Origin: a virus
Strand: one strand, 5' to 3'
UHGV virus genome: UHGV-1373362
Length of the DNA: 64,000 bases
Both the position numbers and the translations under genes were made by a program. Shown here piece after piece: positions 30,901 through 41,011 of this stretch (position 1 is the first letter of the stretch; each line of letters starts with the position of its first letter). The notes below the pieces were generated by a model. It searched no databases. It was not told the origin of the DNA and was given only the letters and a program-made list of their open reading frames with translations.

Positions 30901-32657
30901 TTATTATCTGGAAATTTAGATTTAGCCATTTTCACGTTGAACTGAGTTCCAGTAAACAATTGGTTAAAATACGATTGTCTTAGTTCGAACTCTGGACATA
31001 AAGCAGCGTACCCTTCTAGTACTCTATCAGACTTAATATCTTTACATCTTCTATCAAAATCATGAGTTAATACCCCATCGTCATCTATAAATCTCTCCAC
31101 CCTGTAAGTACTAGTGCCTGAAGGAAGTACTGGTAAGAAACTAGTATTTTCTAAACCTATCGTAACGGCCTGAGCCAATGTAGTAGGTATCCTCTTTTGC
31201 CTTACAAAGAAAAATCCTTTAGTATATCTCTTTAATTCCCTAATAGCTTCTTTACTAATTTTTATATCTAAACCAATAGGAATAGTACCACTATCAGTCA
31301 TTTGGTTGCCATTATATTTTATTCTAATAACCCCCTTGGAATTTTCGTTTTGACTGTCTAGCTTACAAGTTTCTTTATTGATAGGTATATACTCCCTATT
31401 AGCCTGGATTACAGATATGTTATCTGTGCTGGTAGGATCAAAGTCTTTCTTGAATAGTGCATAATCAGTCCACGGAATTCTCTCTGAATCTCCTACTGTG
31501 GTCAGCTTGCTTATTCCTCTAATGTTAAATACAGGAGATAAGGTAAAGTCATTAAGAATATATACAATTCCAAACCTATAAATTTCATCGTTCCAGTATC
31601 CAAGCTTGTTATAAATGTTCATTACATTATAATACTCATACCTTCCCGATGAATCTGTATAGTCCTTATCTACTCTACCTATGTTATTACTGGTATTTAG
31701 TTCAGCTAAAAAGTGTAAAGACAGATCAGTCAGCTCCTTGTATTCTATTTCTGGGTTAGCTACATTACCTAAGAATAACATGTTCTGGCAGGTAGTTTGT
31801 GCAGCTGCACTATTAACTACGTTATATGCAACATTAATATCATTAATACTTACTGATTGAGTTGTCTCAAATCCAGTAATAGTAATCCTAGCTATGTTAT
31901 TATAAACTGCATAATTCTTGGCGATTTTGAATGAAGTAGTTATCTCGTTGCCATCAATGTCTGAAGTACTCCTAGTATAATATACTACTACATTATTATA
32001 GGAGGAATCTATATTAGTTAATAAGAATGAAGCTGATTTATAACTATTTTCATCTCTAATCCCACCTTGAATAGACAAAGGATCATTTAAATTTCCAACA
32101 TGACAGGTAACTATCCCAGATTCAGCTATAAAATCTGTCTCGTTTCCATCTGAGTCAGATAATTTAAAGTAAAACACATAATTACCAACCTTTAGATTTC
32201 CACTGGTATTTAATCCCATAAAATTGAGGTTAGCAATAGTGTTTGTCTTCTTATATAGTGATATATCAGACTCAAATGAATTTATGTCATAAATATTAGT
32301 ATCATTATCTCCTTCCCTATCTACAATTTGATATGTATCCATACCTGTAGATGAAAATCTAGTATTTATAAGTTTAGGGTATGTACTTCCATCATTAAGT
32401 ATCAAGTTCACTGAACCGTCATATGATTGTTGAGGAACAATATCTATAGGATGGTTCAGGTCGAACTTAAGTAGTTCTGTATCTAGGTTGATTAAACTCC
32501 CCTTTGGATACACAACTACTCCGTTCTCCCTTATATCCTCATTTGTTCTTAGTACTCTTAATGGATTGTACTCGTAAACCAGTGCCCCTTTTTGTTGAAG
32601 CTGATTTAACCCTAAATCTAAACTTAGTGACTTCCCACTTAATGATTTAAAGTTCAT
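27957..32657 (-). CDS. giant 1566-aa structural (tail-associated?) protein
   Basis: 4.7-kb ORF in the structural block, 3 nt downstream of the preceding giant gene. No diagnostic motif recognised. Confidence 0.6.
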   Translation of the reverse strand: MNFKSLSGKSLSLDLGLNQLQQKGALVYEYNPLRVLRTNEDIRENGVVVYPKGSLINLDTELLKFDLNHPIDIVPQQSYDGSVNLILNDGSTYPKLINTRFSSTGMDTYQIVDREGDNDTNIYDINSFESDISLYKKTNTIANLNFMGLNTSGNLKVGNYVFYFKLSDSDGNETDFIAESGIVTCHVGNLNDPLSIQGGIRDENSYKSASFLLTNIDSSYNNVVVYYTRSTSDIDGNEITTSFKIAKNYAVYNNIARITITGFETTQSVSINDINVAYNVVNSAAAQTTCQNMLFLGNVANPEIEYKELTDLSLHFLAELNTSNNIGRVDKDYTDSSGRYEYYNVMNIYNKLGYWNDEIYRFGIVYILNDFTLSPVFNIRGISKLTTVGDSERIPWTDYALFKKDFDPTSTDNISVIQANREYIPINKETCKLDSQNENSKGVIRIKYNGNQMTDSGTIPIGLDIKISKEAIRELKRYTKGFFFVRQKRIPTTLAQAVTIGLENTSFLPVLPSGTSTYRVERFIDDDGVLTHDFDRRCKDIKSDRVLEGYAALCPEFELRQSYFNQLFTGTQFNVKMAKSKFPDNKRYFDRSGVHFYNISYVYNDSTQDEDYNIMAIGDNVKVLKGKKQLFSARAGEAEEAWRVSYYDYTNKSTNARNLLRGSWGPYIGLEGYNTNKMSLIDIKIPNYEETLMDTYFEIRYEDSSAFYSITNRMLWDDIKDEDDDNLIVKDVFRGDCYIGNYTHRMCRNFQDPEAPINDDIVDQMSWKDNYAIGDSESNGNINRGDVNAIKIGHWVTIKVCSSINLSMRCTDVSYNSEKGLTGKSRGFYPLQAMSPTGESKIPESFVWNSGLSSTTSDKYHFEVPNVPAIKNKFNVRVMYSDINVNDSFKNGYRVFKLTHYRDYPLTYGSVIKLVEWFGSIICVFEHGVALIPVNERAVAGEGAGGNIFINTSNVLPENPKMLSDTFGTQWPESVVKTPYYVYGIDTVGKKIWRTNGTSFECISDFKVQKFLNDNITLTEKEKTPIIGIRNVKTHYNRFKQDLMFTFYDDINTLEEKVWNLCYNEIMQKFVTFYSWVPSYSENIDNIFFSFDRTTSKDITKITSNYPSLGLKEGGIVENTLNVVNGKAKLGTLKLNIDLKGSSVEYSIADERVRNKFSIDSNGTVYVVTASVGDTRWTIPVKATVYNEGTDLVEGQVKNVVQTIYSNVSVITKMRYDILTTSFWKHGKAGLMTTKKSLSPCYWYGKQHPFEFEFAVVDNPSLHKIFNDLQIISNKAEPESFHFEIVGEVYNFAEDKKNAYFRQEATKHLYQYNGADIVYDHNYLDVQPEQRDILYSTTPYKDKSIMFPLFYSRVDTINEIEDHYQSMTSPNKNYQRISGSEIIYDPQLNEFRIATHIKACPYKKRFLQQITQDRYNSMLSAGYTNVTVQNGKWYEIMEYGRIHGNMGYLEDKWDVQIPSITYWAKNELAWTTKDKDGNFYPPLNLVNNPLPESMDSLSINSDSDIPLDLRNRGYKANYFSLDVNKWTDDRKETRIRDKYVKIKVRYAGNDLAVITALKTLYIVSYA

Positions 32658-32660
32658 ACA

Positions 32661-35600
32661 TTAGTATTTAAAAATTGATTTGGAACCGAATCCTATGCTA
32701 GTAACCATATCTGGTGCATCTCCATCTTTCTTTTTAACCCATGTACCAATTTTGCTTACTACATTATTAGCATTGACCAGGACTTCGTTATAAAAACCAC
32801 TTGGAATTTCTCCTTGCATATTCATAAGCTTATATGCTGTGGTAAATCTTGAATTAACATTATATCCGAGATTTACACTCCTTTTAACCCAATCTACAAG
32901 GACACTACTTGTGGTAGTAGATGTATCCTTAACCTGATAGGTATCATCAGTGTTCTTTTTAAGATTCATGCTTCCATCAGGATTAGCAGTTGTGCCATCA
33001 TGAACCCCAATGTAAATCTGTCCTCTATTTATACTACCTAAATCTGCTTTAGACGAAGTGTAATAGGAATATGCACTAGTATAACAATTTAGTAATGTAG
33101 AGTCATTATCAAATGTAATTGTATCACCAAAGTAAACTGTAACAGGTAGGTCAGAAGGTTTATGTATATAGAACAATGGAAGATAATTCTTAAAATTAGA
33201 TGTAGGACTTATACTATTAATAGCAGAAACCCATCTACTCATGTGTGTTTCTAAGGAATCATTGCTACCATCCATATAGATATTAACATCTACATTAGTT
33301 CCAGCTTTGTCTACACTTAGTGTTAGTTCACTTACGGTATCATATGAATTATGGTATACAAAATTAGAGCTATCTGGTCCAACATAATTTGTGTTCTTGG
33401 AACCCCTCTTTACAACTAACATCTGACTCAAGAAGCAGTTTAACATCCTATCTACTCTAATCAGTGTTGTAGTACTAGATGGGTTTAATTTCTCATTCTT
33501 CCTAGATCCTAAATTAACTGGGCGATGCCATCCATTAGAATCCTTCCATGTAGCTAGAAGAAAATTATCTTCATTATCAATTTCGGATTTATCTCTAAAC
33601 CAGGCACCTGTACTATATTCAGCCCCTTCGATTCTATAACTAGCGTGATCCTCGTCACATCCTCCAAATATCCCAATAGTACCATTACCCATATTAGCCA
33701 AACATACATTTAATCCATCATCATCGTGACCTGCCCCACCGTTTACTCCCTTATATTCGTCTCCAGTGGTATGTTCTACGTTAGGTGGTATTTTAGCATT
33801 ATAGCATATGTAATCTTCATCTCCAACTACACAAGTTAAGGTATCATTAGTGTTTCTAAATGAATATAATTTGTCTCTCTCAGTAACAGACATATTAGAT
33901 TCGTATACAGGCATTAGTTTTTCTACATCCTTTGTTTCGTTCTTAACTGGGCCTGCAACAGCTAAGATATTTCTAGTAGTACTAACCTGACCCTTCAATT
34001 CCTCTTTATCGTAGGTGAAAGCTTTAGACACTCTAGAAGATACTGTACTTATTTCGGATTTGATGGTAGTTTCATTACTAAACGCCATACCACTATCATC
34101 AAATTTGCTACTCTTAATAGTAGGTGTAATCCCAAAGAAGTTCTTCATTAGGCTAGGATCTGGAGTTCCTGCATATAGTTTCTCATCAAAATCATATTCA
34201 GCAGCAGGTCTGATAGTTACATCATATACTCCTGTTTTCTGGCTATTGTATCTATAAGATGCAACATTAGTATTAAGGCTAGGTACTTCTTTTATATAAT
34301 CAGAAGGAGTAACATAGTTCTTGTTAGTAAAACTAGTTGCATCATGAACTTTAATAGCCAACGTCTCATTGTTTTTCTTTACATTAGCATTAATTTCATG
34401 TTTAACTGTCAATTGGATCTTCTCTCTGTTAGAACCACTTGGCAATGCGCTAAAGTCAGGAGTTTCTCCAAATACGTCGTTGAAATACCCCCCAGTATAC
34501 ACTAATTTATACCCTATATCCTTTTTAGTAGAGCCTACATATCTGTCAATCCTAACTATGTAGACCCAATTCTTTCTAATGGTTTTACTATCAAACGGAA
34601 TTATCTCCTCGAAACTTCCATTATAATACTCCTTAGAGACAGTGTATTTGTACTCACCTCCTAAAGTTTGTACCCTTGAAGCATCAGCTGAATTAGTTAC
34701 ACTTATAAATGTAAACTCTATCTTAGTGATATCTGAGTTTTCATTCATATTATAGTAGTCATACCCCCATCCAATTTTGAGATATGTGTCTGTAACATAG
34801 AATCTCCATTCACTTAGTGATTCAGCATTGGCCCTAATAGCATCAAAATCAATTGTTCCAATTTTGGCCATTCTCTCAAGAACCCCATAAGGGCAAGCTG
34901 GCATAATTTTGTATGTCTGTTTGCCAGTTCTACCACTTTTAGTAATGGATGACCTAACAACAGAATCAGTAGATTCTAAGAGTCCTATTTCACTGGAATT
35001 CTTTTCAGTAGTACCGGTATAAACCCCAGTAGTTTCTCCAATAAATTTAACACTAATAAGGTTAGAATCATCACATGAATACTTCCTTATAAGATTAAAT
35101 GTATCAAAAGTCTTTAGTTCAATAACTAGTATTAAAGCCCCAGAAGATTTAGCGCTGAATACTTGAACTATTTCTTTTGATCTAATTATATCAGCCATCT
35201 CCTCATTACTGCCTTCATAAATCCATAAGCCATTTGAATATAACTTTAGATTATTCTCATCTATATAATCAATATTACCACTGCTGTTTATAACCCCGAG
35301 TCTAAGTTTTACAACCCCTTTATTAATAGCCTCTCTTATCTCTGAAGCTATAAAGTCTGTAACTATTACAAACCTATCCCCTGGATGAAATATTTTAACC
35401 TCTTCTGAGTTATTAACTTGAAATAGTTTCTGTTTAAAATATTCTAACTTTATAAATGGAATTGACCCTCTCATTTCAACAAAATTAGAAAAGTCAAAAT
35501 GAATAGGGGCTACATTTAAGTCTTCACCTTCATATAATTGTTGGGGAGATGGAAACGAACCTATTTGTCCTTTACCAGTAATAGGATTGTGAGCTACTAC

Positions 35601-35828
35601 GTAAATAATACCCCCATGTTCCTTCATACCTACTGGTACATACCCCTTATCTAAATATGCAGTATGAACCTCTCCATTACCCATATCATTTTGCAGCACA
35701 AACTCATTACCATTATAGGTGATAATTGTTCCGTTTAGACAATTTGTTAATACATTATTAGGAGTTGTAAGTGGGTGTAGATCCATAACTAGACCTTCTC
35801 CAAAGGTATTAACTGCTTCCTTTCTCAT
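32661..35828 (-). CDS. large 1055-aa structural (tail-associated?) protein
   Basis: 3.2-kb ORF. Its start overlaps the upstream small gene by 20 nt. Confidence 0.6.
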   Translation of the reverse strand: MRKEAVNTFGEGLVMDLHPLTTPNNVLTNCLNGTIITYNGNEFVLQNDMGNGEVHTAYLDKGYVPVGMKEHGGIIYVVAHNPITGKGQIGSFPSPQQLYEGEDLNVAPIHFDFSNFVEMRGSIPFIKLEYFKQKLFQVNNSEEVKIFHPGDRFVIVTDFIASEIREAINKGVVKLRLGVINSSGNIDYIDENNLKLYSNGLWIYEGSNEEMADIIRSKEIVQVFSAKSSGALILVIELKTFDTFNLIRKYSCDDSNLISVKFIGETTGVYTGTTEKNSSEIGLLESTDSVVRSSITKSGRTGKQTYKIMPACPYGVLERMAKIGTIDFDAIRANAESLSEWRFYVTDTYLKIGWGYDYYNMNENSDITKIEFTFISVTNSADASRVQTLGGEYKYTVSKEYYNGSFEEIIPFDSKTIRKNWVYIVRIDRYVGSTKKDIGYKLVYTGGYFNDVFGETPDFSALPSGSNREKIQLTVKHEINANVKKNNETLAIKVHDATSFTNKNYVTPSDYIKEVPSLNTNVASYRYNSQKTGVYDVTIRPAAEYDFDEKLYAGTPDPSLMKNFFGITPTIKSSKFDDSGMAFSNETTIKSEISTVSSRVSKAFTYDKEELKGQVSTTRNILAVAGPVKNETKDVEKLMPVYESNMSVTERDKLYSFRNTNDTLTCVVGDEDYICYNAKIPPNVEHTTGDEYKGVNGGAGHDDDGLNVCLANMGNGTIGIFGGCDEDHASYRIEGAEYSTGAWFRDKSEIDNEDNFLLATWKDSNGWHRPVNLGSRKNEKLNPSSTTTLIRVDRMLNCFLSQMLVVKRGSKNTNYVGPDSSNFVYHNSYDTVSELTLSVDKAGTNVDVNIYMDGSNDSLETHMSRWVSAINSISPTSNFKNYLPLFYIHKPSDLPVTVYFGDTITFDNDSTLLNCYTSAYSYYTSSKADLGSINRGQIYIGVHDGTTANPDGSMNLKKNTDDTYQVKDTSTTTSSVLVDWVKRSVNLGYNVNSRFTTAYKLMNMQGEIPSGFYNEVLVNANNVVSKIGTWVKKKDGDAPDMVTSIGFGSKSIFKY

Positions 35829-36411
35829 ATTTTATAAGTTCATAATTGTTACTACTAATAAGTATGTCTTTAAACGTACTTGGTTTATCTCTTGTAAACG
35901 CAATTTCTGGACACTCACACTTAAACTCACTTTTAAATATGGAATACCCAAGATCAGTAGTAGGGCGGTATTTTATAATACACCTAGACCAGCTATAATA
36001 AATCTTAGCTTCGTCAAACACCTTTAAACATACCTTGTTAAAGAATGTATAATGTTTACGTTTTCTCCCTCTTTTATTTAGTGATTCTAAAAACTCAGAG
36101 TATTCTGACTCAGTTAATCCAAAGTAATAATACCCATCCCATTCCTTAACCTTCTTAGAATAAATAACTCTTAACTTTCTCCTGAGCATTCTTCTATAAT
36201 AATTAAAATGCTTCAGTGAATTTTTAGTGAGTTCTCCAATGTAAAACCAATATTTGTGTTTAGTACTACTTATTACGGTGTCGCATCCTCTAAGGTTATA
36301 GTAATAAATCATTCTCCAACCATACTCTACAGCTCTTTTTATATCAGCCAATGGTACATTTGGAAATTGTTCTTGGAGTATTGGTAAATAATCGTTGACA
36401 CGTTTTAACAT
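35809..36411 (-). CDS. hypothetical protein of about 200 aa with a CxC motif (FKCECPE)
   Basis: The ORF-track start is TTG. The ATG at 36411 overlaps the upstream stop (TGATG). Confidence 0.5.
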   Translation of the reverse strand: MLKRVNDYLPILQEQFPNVPLADIKRAVEYGWRMIYYYNLRGCDTVISSTKHKYWFYIGELTKNSLKHFNYYRRMLRRKLRVIYSKKVKEWDGYYYFGLTESEYSEFLESLNKRGRKRKHYTFFNKVCLKVFDEAKIYYSWSRCIIKYRPTTDLGYSIFKSEFKCECPEIAFTRDKPSTFKDILISSNNYELIKYEKGSS

Positions 36412-36851
36412 CAATAATACTGTTTACCTTGATTAGTAAGTTCTGTTATTCTATCTCTATGAACAGGGTCAAGATATACCAATTTTTGCCTCATAACTCC
36501 CTTAGATTGTAAGTCTAGTACCATTTGATATGCAGTAAACTCTGATGCTAAGAAATCCACGTCTCTCCATTTACCATTACGTCTAGCAGCAGAGAACACA
36601 TCTCTATTAAATCTATTCATACGAAGCTCAGACTTCCTACTCTTGGTTGGGAGTACAAACGTAGCATTATTTTCTATTATATCTTCTATAACCATATTAA
36701 GAGCACTCTTGAAGATTTTCTTAGCAATTACCTCCTTGTGCCTATTACCTATCATTTCCTCACATGCCTTAGCTGTTAGTTTCATTTTCTTAGTAGGAAA
36801 TGAAATAAAAATCTCATCTATATTCATGGCATGTCCTAAAGCATAATTCAT
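36411..36851 (-). CDS. hypothetical 146-aa basic protein
   Basis: ATG ORF, translationally coupled on both sides. Confidence 0.5.
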   Translation of the reverse strand: MNYALGHAMNIDEIFISFPTKKMKLTAKACEEMIGNRHKEVIAKKIFKSALNMVIEDIIENNATFVLPTKSRKSELRMNRFNRDVFSAARRNGKWRDVDFLASEFTAYQMVLDLQSKGVMRQKLVYLDPVHRDRITELTNQGKQYY

Positions 36852-37541
36852 TTACTTACCAAATTTCCAGGATTTATTAAATAATTTCCTATTCCAGCTA
36901 GTTTTAGCGTCCAGGATTTCATTCATCTCATTTTGATTAATATACTTTGGAACTCTAGCTGCATCACATAGTCTATACCATCTTTGTTCCATTAATTGGG
37001 CTTCTTGTAGCATCTGTTGGTTATGTTTACTCCAGCCTTCCTCAAACCTTTTGGTATAAGCGCAATAGCATGCTATAGCATCCTTCTCCTTTTCATTAAG
37101 ATAGGGTAAACCATCTTCATCAACCATGATTCCTTTATACAAGATATTTATATGCCCATAGTCTTTATCAAAATAAAGAGTATCATTCACTTGTTCGAAC
37201 TTGGCAATCTTACCACTCATATATAAAGGATTAGAAAACAGTTTCCTACCCTCGATGTAATTCTCTATAAATTGTGATTGGTAATCCCCATTAACTGTAT
37301 CATTTGATGTATATTTCCAATCCTCCCAATCATAGGTCACTAACTCAACTAGATCACAGTTACATGGAAGTTCTACAGATAATGTAGCACAATCAATTTT
37401 ACATCTAAATCTATAAAGTTTAGTTTGCCTATTACCTATTTTATTCCAGGCAATTAAGCCAATCTCTTCAAACTCTTCTGGAGTCATTTCTGTTTTATAT
37501 AACAAGTGCATTTGTGCATATGCAGATTCAAAGTTCTCCAT
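36852..37541 (-). CDS. hypothetical 229-aa protein with C-x3-C-x8-C-x-C and CYC motifs (possible Zn ribbon)
   Basis: RCKIDCATLSVELPCNCD and AIACYCAY. TAATG coupling to the upstream gene. Confidence 0.5.
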   Translation of the reverse strand: MENFESAYAQMHLLYKTEMTPEEFEEIGLIAWNKIGNRQTKLYRFRCKIDCATLSVELPCNCDLVELVTYDWEDWKYTSNDTVNGDYQSQFIENYIEGRKLFSNPLYMSGKIAKFEQVNDTLYFDKDYGHINILYKGIMVDEDGLPYLNEKEKDAIACYCAYTKRFEEGWSKHNQQMLQEAQLMEQRWYRLCDAARVPKYINQNEMNEILDAKTSWNRKLFNKSWKFGK

Positions 37542-38215
37542 TATTTAGGTGTTTGATCATTAGGTAATAGAGGAGCCGCAAATTGTCTATAATACCTTAG
37601 CTTCTTCTCTGTTAATCTCTTTTTTATTTCTGTATCTATAAAGGTCATATTATTAATATCCATAGCAGAGCAACACCCATAAGTCATAAGCTGTCTTGGA
37701 TCTTTAAAGACCCCTATTACAGAGACTTGCTTAATTACTGGTAAATTGAATATCCAGCAATCATACATGTTATTGGAATTCGGGGTAACATCTATATATA
37801 CATACGGTTTAGTTTTAGCTCTAGTCCTGTACCTATGATATTTCATTACTGTAGGATTAGTATAGTATATAAATGGCTGACCTTTATCCACTGATCCAAT
37901 ATATTCAATACCTCCATCAAACTCAGTTAGAAGCTGAGGTATCTCGAAATGAAATGTTGGAGTACCATCTGTCTTATTCCCACATGTACACGATTCTATA
38001 TCTTTACAATCTACATTGATACAATTTATTGACATTAGTAAGTCCCTCTTAGGTAATAAACCTTTCATAGAGTACTCCTTAATGATTTGTAACCTCTCAT
38101 CGATTATATCATCCTCTAACTGTTCCATAGACAAGCTAGGGGTAGTTGTATAGCCTCTAAGTCCAGATACTATATCATTATAAATTGCAGATGCTAATTT
38201 AAAATAATAACTCAT
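37541..38215 (-). CDS. hypothetical 224-aa protein with a C-x4-C-x5-C-x-C motif (possible Zn ribbon)
   Basis: INCINVDCKDIESCTCGNK. First gene after a strong terminator. Confidence 0.5.
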   Translation of the reverse strand: MSYYFKLASAIYNDIVSGLRGYTTTPSLSMEQLEDDIIDERLQIIKEYSMKGLLPKRDLLMSINCINVDCKDIESCTCGNKTDGTPTFHFEIPQLLTEFDGGIEYIGSVDKGQPFIYYTNPTVMKYHRYRTRAKTKPYVYIDVTPNSNNMYDCWIFNLPVIKQVSVIGVFKDPRQLMTYGCCSAMDINNMTFIDTEIKKRLTEKKLRYYRQFAAPLLPNDQTPK

Positions 38216-38220
38216 AATTA

Positions 38221-38258
38221 CAAAATAAAAAAGGCGAAGGCTTAATTGCCCTCGCCTT
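38221..38258 (-). terminator. rho-independent terminator (minus strand) after the 290-aa gene
   Basis: GC-rich imperfect 11-bp stem aaggcgaaggc / gccctcgcctt with a 6-nt loop. On the minus strand it is followed by ttttttattttg. It stands out against the AT-rich background. Confidence 0.7.
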
Positions 38259-38276
38259 CGTGTTATTGGTCTATAG

Positions 38277-39149
38277 TTATGCTACTGGAGCATCTTCTTC
38301 ACTTGGTTTCTTGATTTCCGTAATAGTACCAAGAACCTTTAAAGCAGTTTCAAACTCGGTTGCTAATGAATCTAACACATAGAATACATGTGTAGTCTTA
38401 GAAGTAACTTGCTGTCCTAAAGCAGCTCCACCAAATGTACCTCTATTAACTGTATACTCAATAATGTATTGATTGTATTTAGCTCCTGGTATAGGAAGCT
38501 CCTCTTGATTAACTGCCTCAAATCTTCTAGCCTCTGTAGTAGGTAATCTAAGATCTTTAAGGATATGAGTATAAGTACCAAACCCTTCTACACTCTTAGT
38601 AATTGTGCCCTCAATAACATCCTCAAATACCTCATTAGTAAGAGGATCATTGGCAGCAGTGTTTAGCTTTTGGATTTTAGCCTCTGTAAACAGTTGATAC
38701 TCATCAACTCCACTAATAGTTAGTTTAGTATCGGCAGCAGCTACAGTAATATACTTATCCCCGTAGAAAGCAGCGATCTTGTCAATAACTCTCTTAATTT
38801 CTTTAGCTACATCTGCAGCAGTAGTATCATCACTAGCAATCTTAAACTCATAAACAAAAGGTTTACCTTTGAATACGAAATCATTAGAGTAGTATGAATT
38901 TTGGCTTCCAGATAGTCTGATGTACAATTTTAATCTGTAGATACCTGCACCTGGATTAGTAACTGTAAATTCAGCTTTACCAATTACTGGATCAGAAGCA
39001 GCTCTTTTATACATAGCAGAAACATTGTCCTTTAAGAACTTGTTCACACGTCTAATCTCTACGTCATTAGAGCCTTTAACGATTTTATCCAAACCAGTTG
39101 TGGCATCTTTAAGTGTGTTTAATACAACTGTACCTGTGTACTGAAACAT
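38277..39149 (-). CDS. 290-aa probable abundant virion protein (capsid decoration or tail component?)
   Basis: ATG ORF. It is the last gene before a strong terminator in the capsid sub-module. Confidence 0.45.
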   Translation of the reverse strand: MFQYTGTVVLNTLKDATTGLDKIVKGSNDVEIRRVNKFLKDNVSAMYKRAASDPVIGKAEFTVTNPGAGIYRLKLYIRLSGSQNSYYSNDFVFKGKPFVYEFKIASDDTTAADVAKEIKRVIDKIAAFYGDKYITVAAADTKLTISGVDEYQLFTEAKIQKLNTAANDPLTNEVFEDVIEGTITKSVEGFGTYTHILKDLRLPTTEARRFEAVNQEELPIPGAKYNQYIIEYTVNRGTFGGAALGQQVTSKTTHVFYVLDSLATEFETALKVLGTITEIKKPSEEDAPVA

Positions 39150-39156
39150 AATTTAA

Positions 39157-40110
39157 TTATTTTTTAGGTTGTGACTGTTGCTGTACTGGATTGGCAATAG
39201 TCTGATTAACTGCAACATTATTAGCTAGTCTTGGATCACTTGAGTTCTCCAATAACAATTTTACCAGTACATTAATTATCTCTTGGCACACATAATCTGG
39301 AAACTCCATTACCTGAGAGGTATCTTCAACCATATCAATTTGATCCTGAGTGAGTCTAATCCTCTGAGGTACTTTTATATAATCAACAAAGATGTCAGTC
39401 AGTTGAAATACTGAATTATCTTTACCGTATCTAATTTCTAGTCTTACTTGACTTGGATTTCCATATCTATTTACCCCAGGTCTTTCAATTAAATCTACCG
39501 TTTTACCTCCTATAAGAATCTTAGTAGGCAAAGCCCCATCTGTACCAGTCGTTTGCTGTATTGTGGTGTTAGGAGAGATTTGTCCCTCTCCTTCTGTAAT
39601 TCTAACAGGATTACTAGGTAGATTGTTTGAATCACTGTTTACATTATGTATATAATAGTAAGGATTTCTATAAGATGGCATCATGTAGAAATTCCTTATA
39701 ATTTGAGACCATAAATCGGCTGTTAGTCTTCTAGCCCCTATCTGAACATAAGAGTCTTTGTCATAGCACTCATAGGTCTTTAATAGTTTAAAGTTACATA
39801 CACAATTTAAAATATGCAAATAGTCTAATGGTAGGTTTACCTCATATACAGCTCCATACAATGAATTAGTAGAGGAGCTGATTGAGGAGTATGTATTGGT
39901 AGCCAAAGAAGGCTGGAGAATAGCAGTAGATTTCAACACTCTAATGTCATCTGTAGACTGTTGATTTATATCGTATATATTATACTTACTGTTAATATAT
40001 TGATATATGGCCTTGTTGAACATATAGTTGAAGTCTTCAAGCAATAAACTTGGAGAATTGGTCTTGTTCATCTCAACAAGCACTCCAAGATAAACTTGTT
40101 TAGCTGTCAT
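39157..40110 (-). CDS. hypothetical 317-aa structural-module protein
   Basis: ATG ORF, 7 nt downstream of the previous gene. Confidence 0.5.
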   Translation of the reverse strand: MTAKQVYLGVLVEMNKTNSPSLLLEDFNYMFNKAIYQYINSKYNIYDINQQSTDDIRVLKSTAILQPSLATNTYSSISSSTNSLYGAVYEVNLPLDYLHILNCVCNFKLLKTYECYDKDSYVQIGARRLTADLWSQIIRNFYMMPSYRNPYYYIHNVNSDSNNLPSNPVRITEGEGQISPNTTIQQTTGTDGALPTKILIGGKTVDLIERPGVNRYGNPSQVRLEIRYGKDNSVFQLTDIFVDYIKVPQRIRLTQDQIDMVEDTSQVMEFPDYVCQEIINVLVKLLLENSSDPRLANNVAVNQTIANPVQQQSQPKK

Positions 40111-40123
40111 TCACTTATAAGTT

Positions 40124-40960
40124 TTATTTCTTAGCTGCACCCTCTGCAAGGTACATATCTGGATATGTATCTCTCTTTATAAGTTCAAGGACTTTAGCAT
40201 TTGTAGGACTCTTCATCCATGTAATCACAGCATCGTCTGTGGCACCCAATGCAACACTATCACCATATAGGTAAACCTTGTCCTTAATATATATGACGTG
40301 TTTGTCCTTAGCATCCATGAATAATAATCTGATAGCAATATCACCCCCAGTGTATAGATTTATGATCTTTTCTGGATCTTTGTGGGAAACCTCAAGTAAG
40401 AAGTCTGTAACATCTGCATCTGGTGCATTCTTCATATGTTTACCAAGCAATCTAGCTTTCAATGCTCTACCTTCAGCTCCTTTTGGATCTCCATAGATAT
40501 ATGAATCAGCATCGTGGATAAGTTTCCTCTTAGTTACCTTTCTAGCAGTTTCATATCCTGGTCTCTCAACATACAATTCAGCTACACCATAACGTGCACG
40601 GAATTTACCTTCTGCAATTTCTCCGTCAATGAGCAAATTACCATTTGCATCTCTTGCATCCCTTGATAAAGCAATGAGGGGGCAATGTTGAATTGATTCC
40701 CATTCAGCCTTCTGCCAAGGATCGGCTAAGTTAAATGTAGTTCCATCTTCTATGATGAATACTCTATTCTCAGCAATAAGTGGTTCTCCACTATTTCTGT
40801 CCTTATCAGACATGATTAAATCTCCCTTACTATCTACTGGTCTTACACAGTTTGGGAAACGATTGGTTTTTGGGTCCTTCACAGGATTCATAAAGTACTT
40901 CTGTCCAACTTTACCAAATACACTTCTCAAGATTATTATATCGTCTAAAACATCCGCCAT
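40124..40960 (-). CDS. hypothetical 278-aa structural-module protein
   Basis: ATG ORF. Confidence 0.5.
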   Translation of the reverse strand: MADVLDDIIILRSVFGKVGQKYFMNPVKDPKTNRFPNCVRPVDSKGDLIMSDKDRNSGEPLIAENRVFIIEDGTTFNLADPWQKAEWESIQHCPLIALSRDARDANGNLLIDGEIAEGKFRARYGVAELYVERPGYETARKVTKRKLIHDADSYIYGDPKGAEGRALKARLLGKHMKNAPDADVTDFLLEVSHKDPEKIINLYTGGDIAIRLLFMDAKDKHVIYIKDKVYLYGDSVALGATDDAVITWMKSPTNAKVLELIKRDTYPDMYLAEGAAKK

Positions 40961-41011
40961 ATTAGTTCTTATTTTCGTTTTGTATATTATACGACATCTT
41001 TATAATAGTAT

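Noticed and set aside
38216-38276. TAnnTTTG-like string (tattttg) between the terminator and the 224-aa gene start
   Set aside because: It is only 7 nt (TAttTTG, one T short). It overlaps the terminator U-tract, so it is not counted as a promoter.
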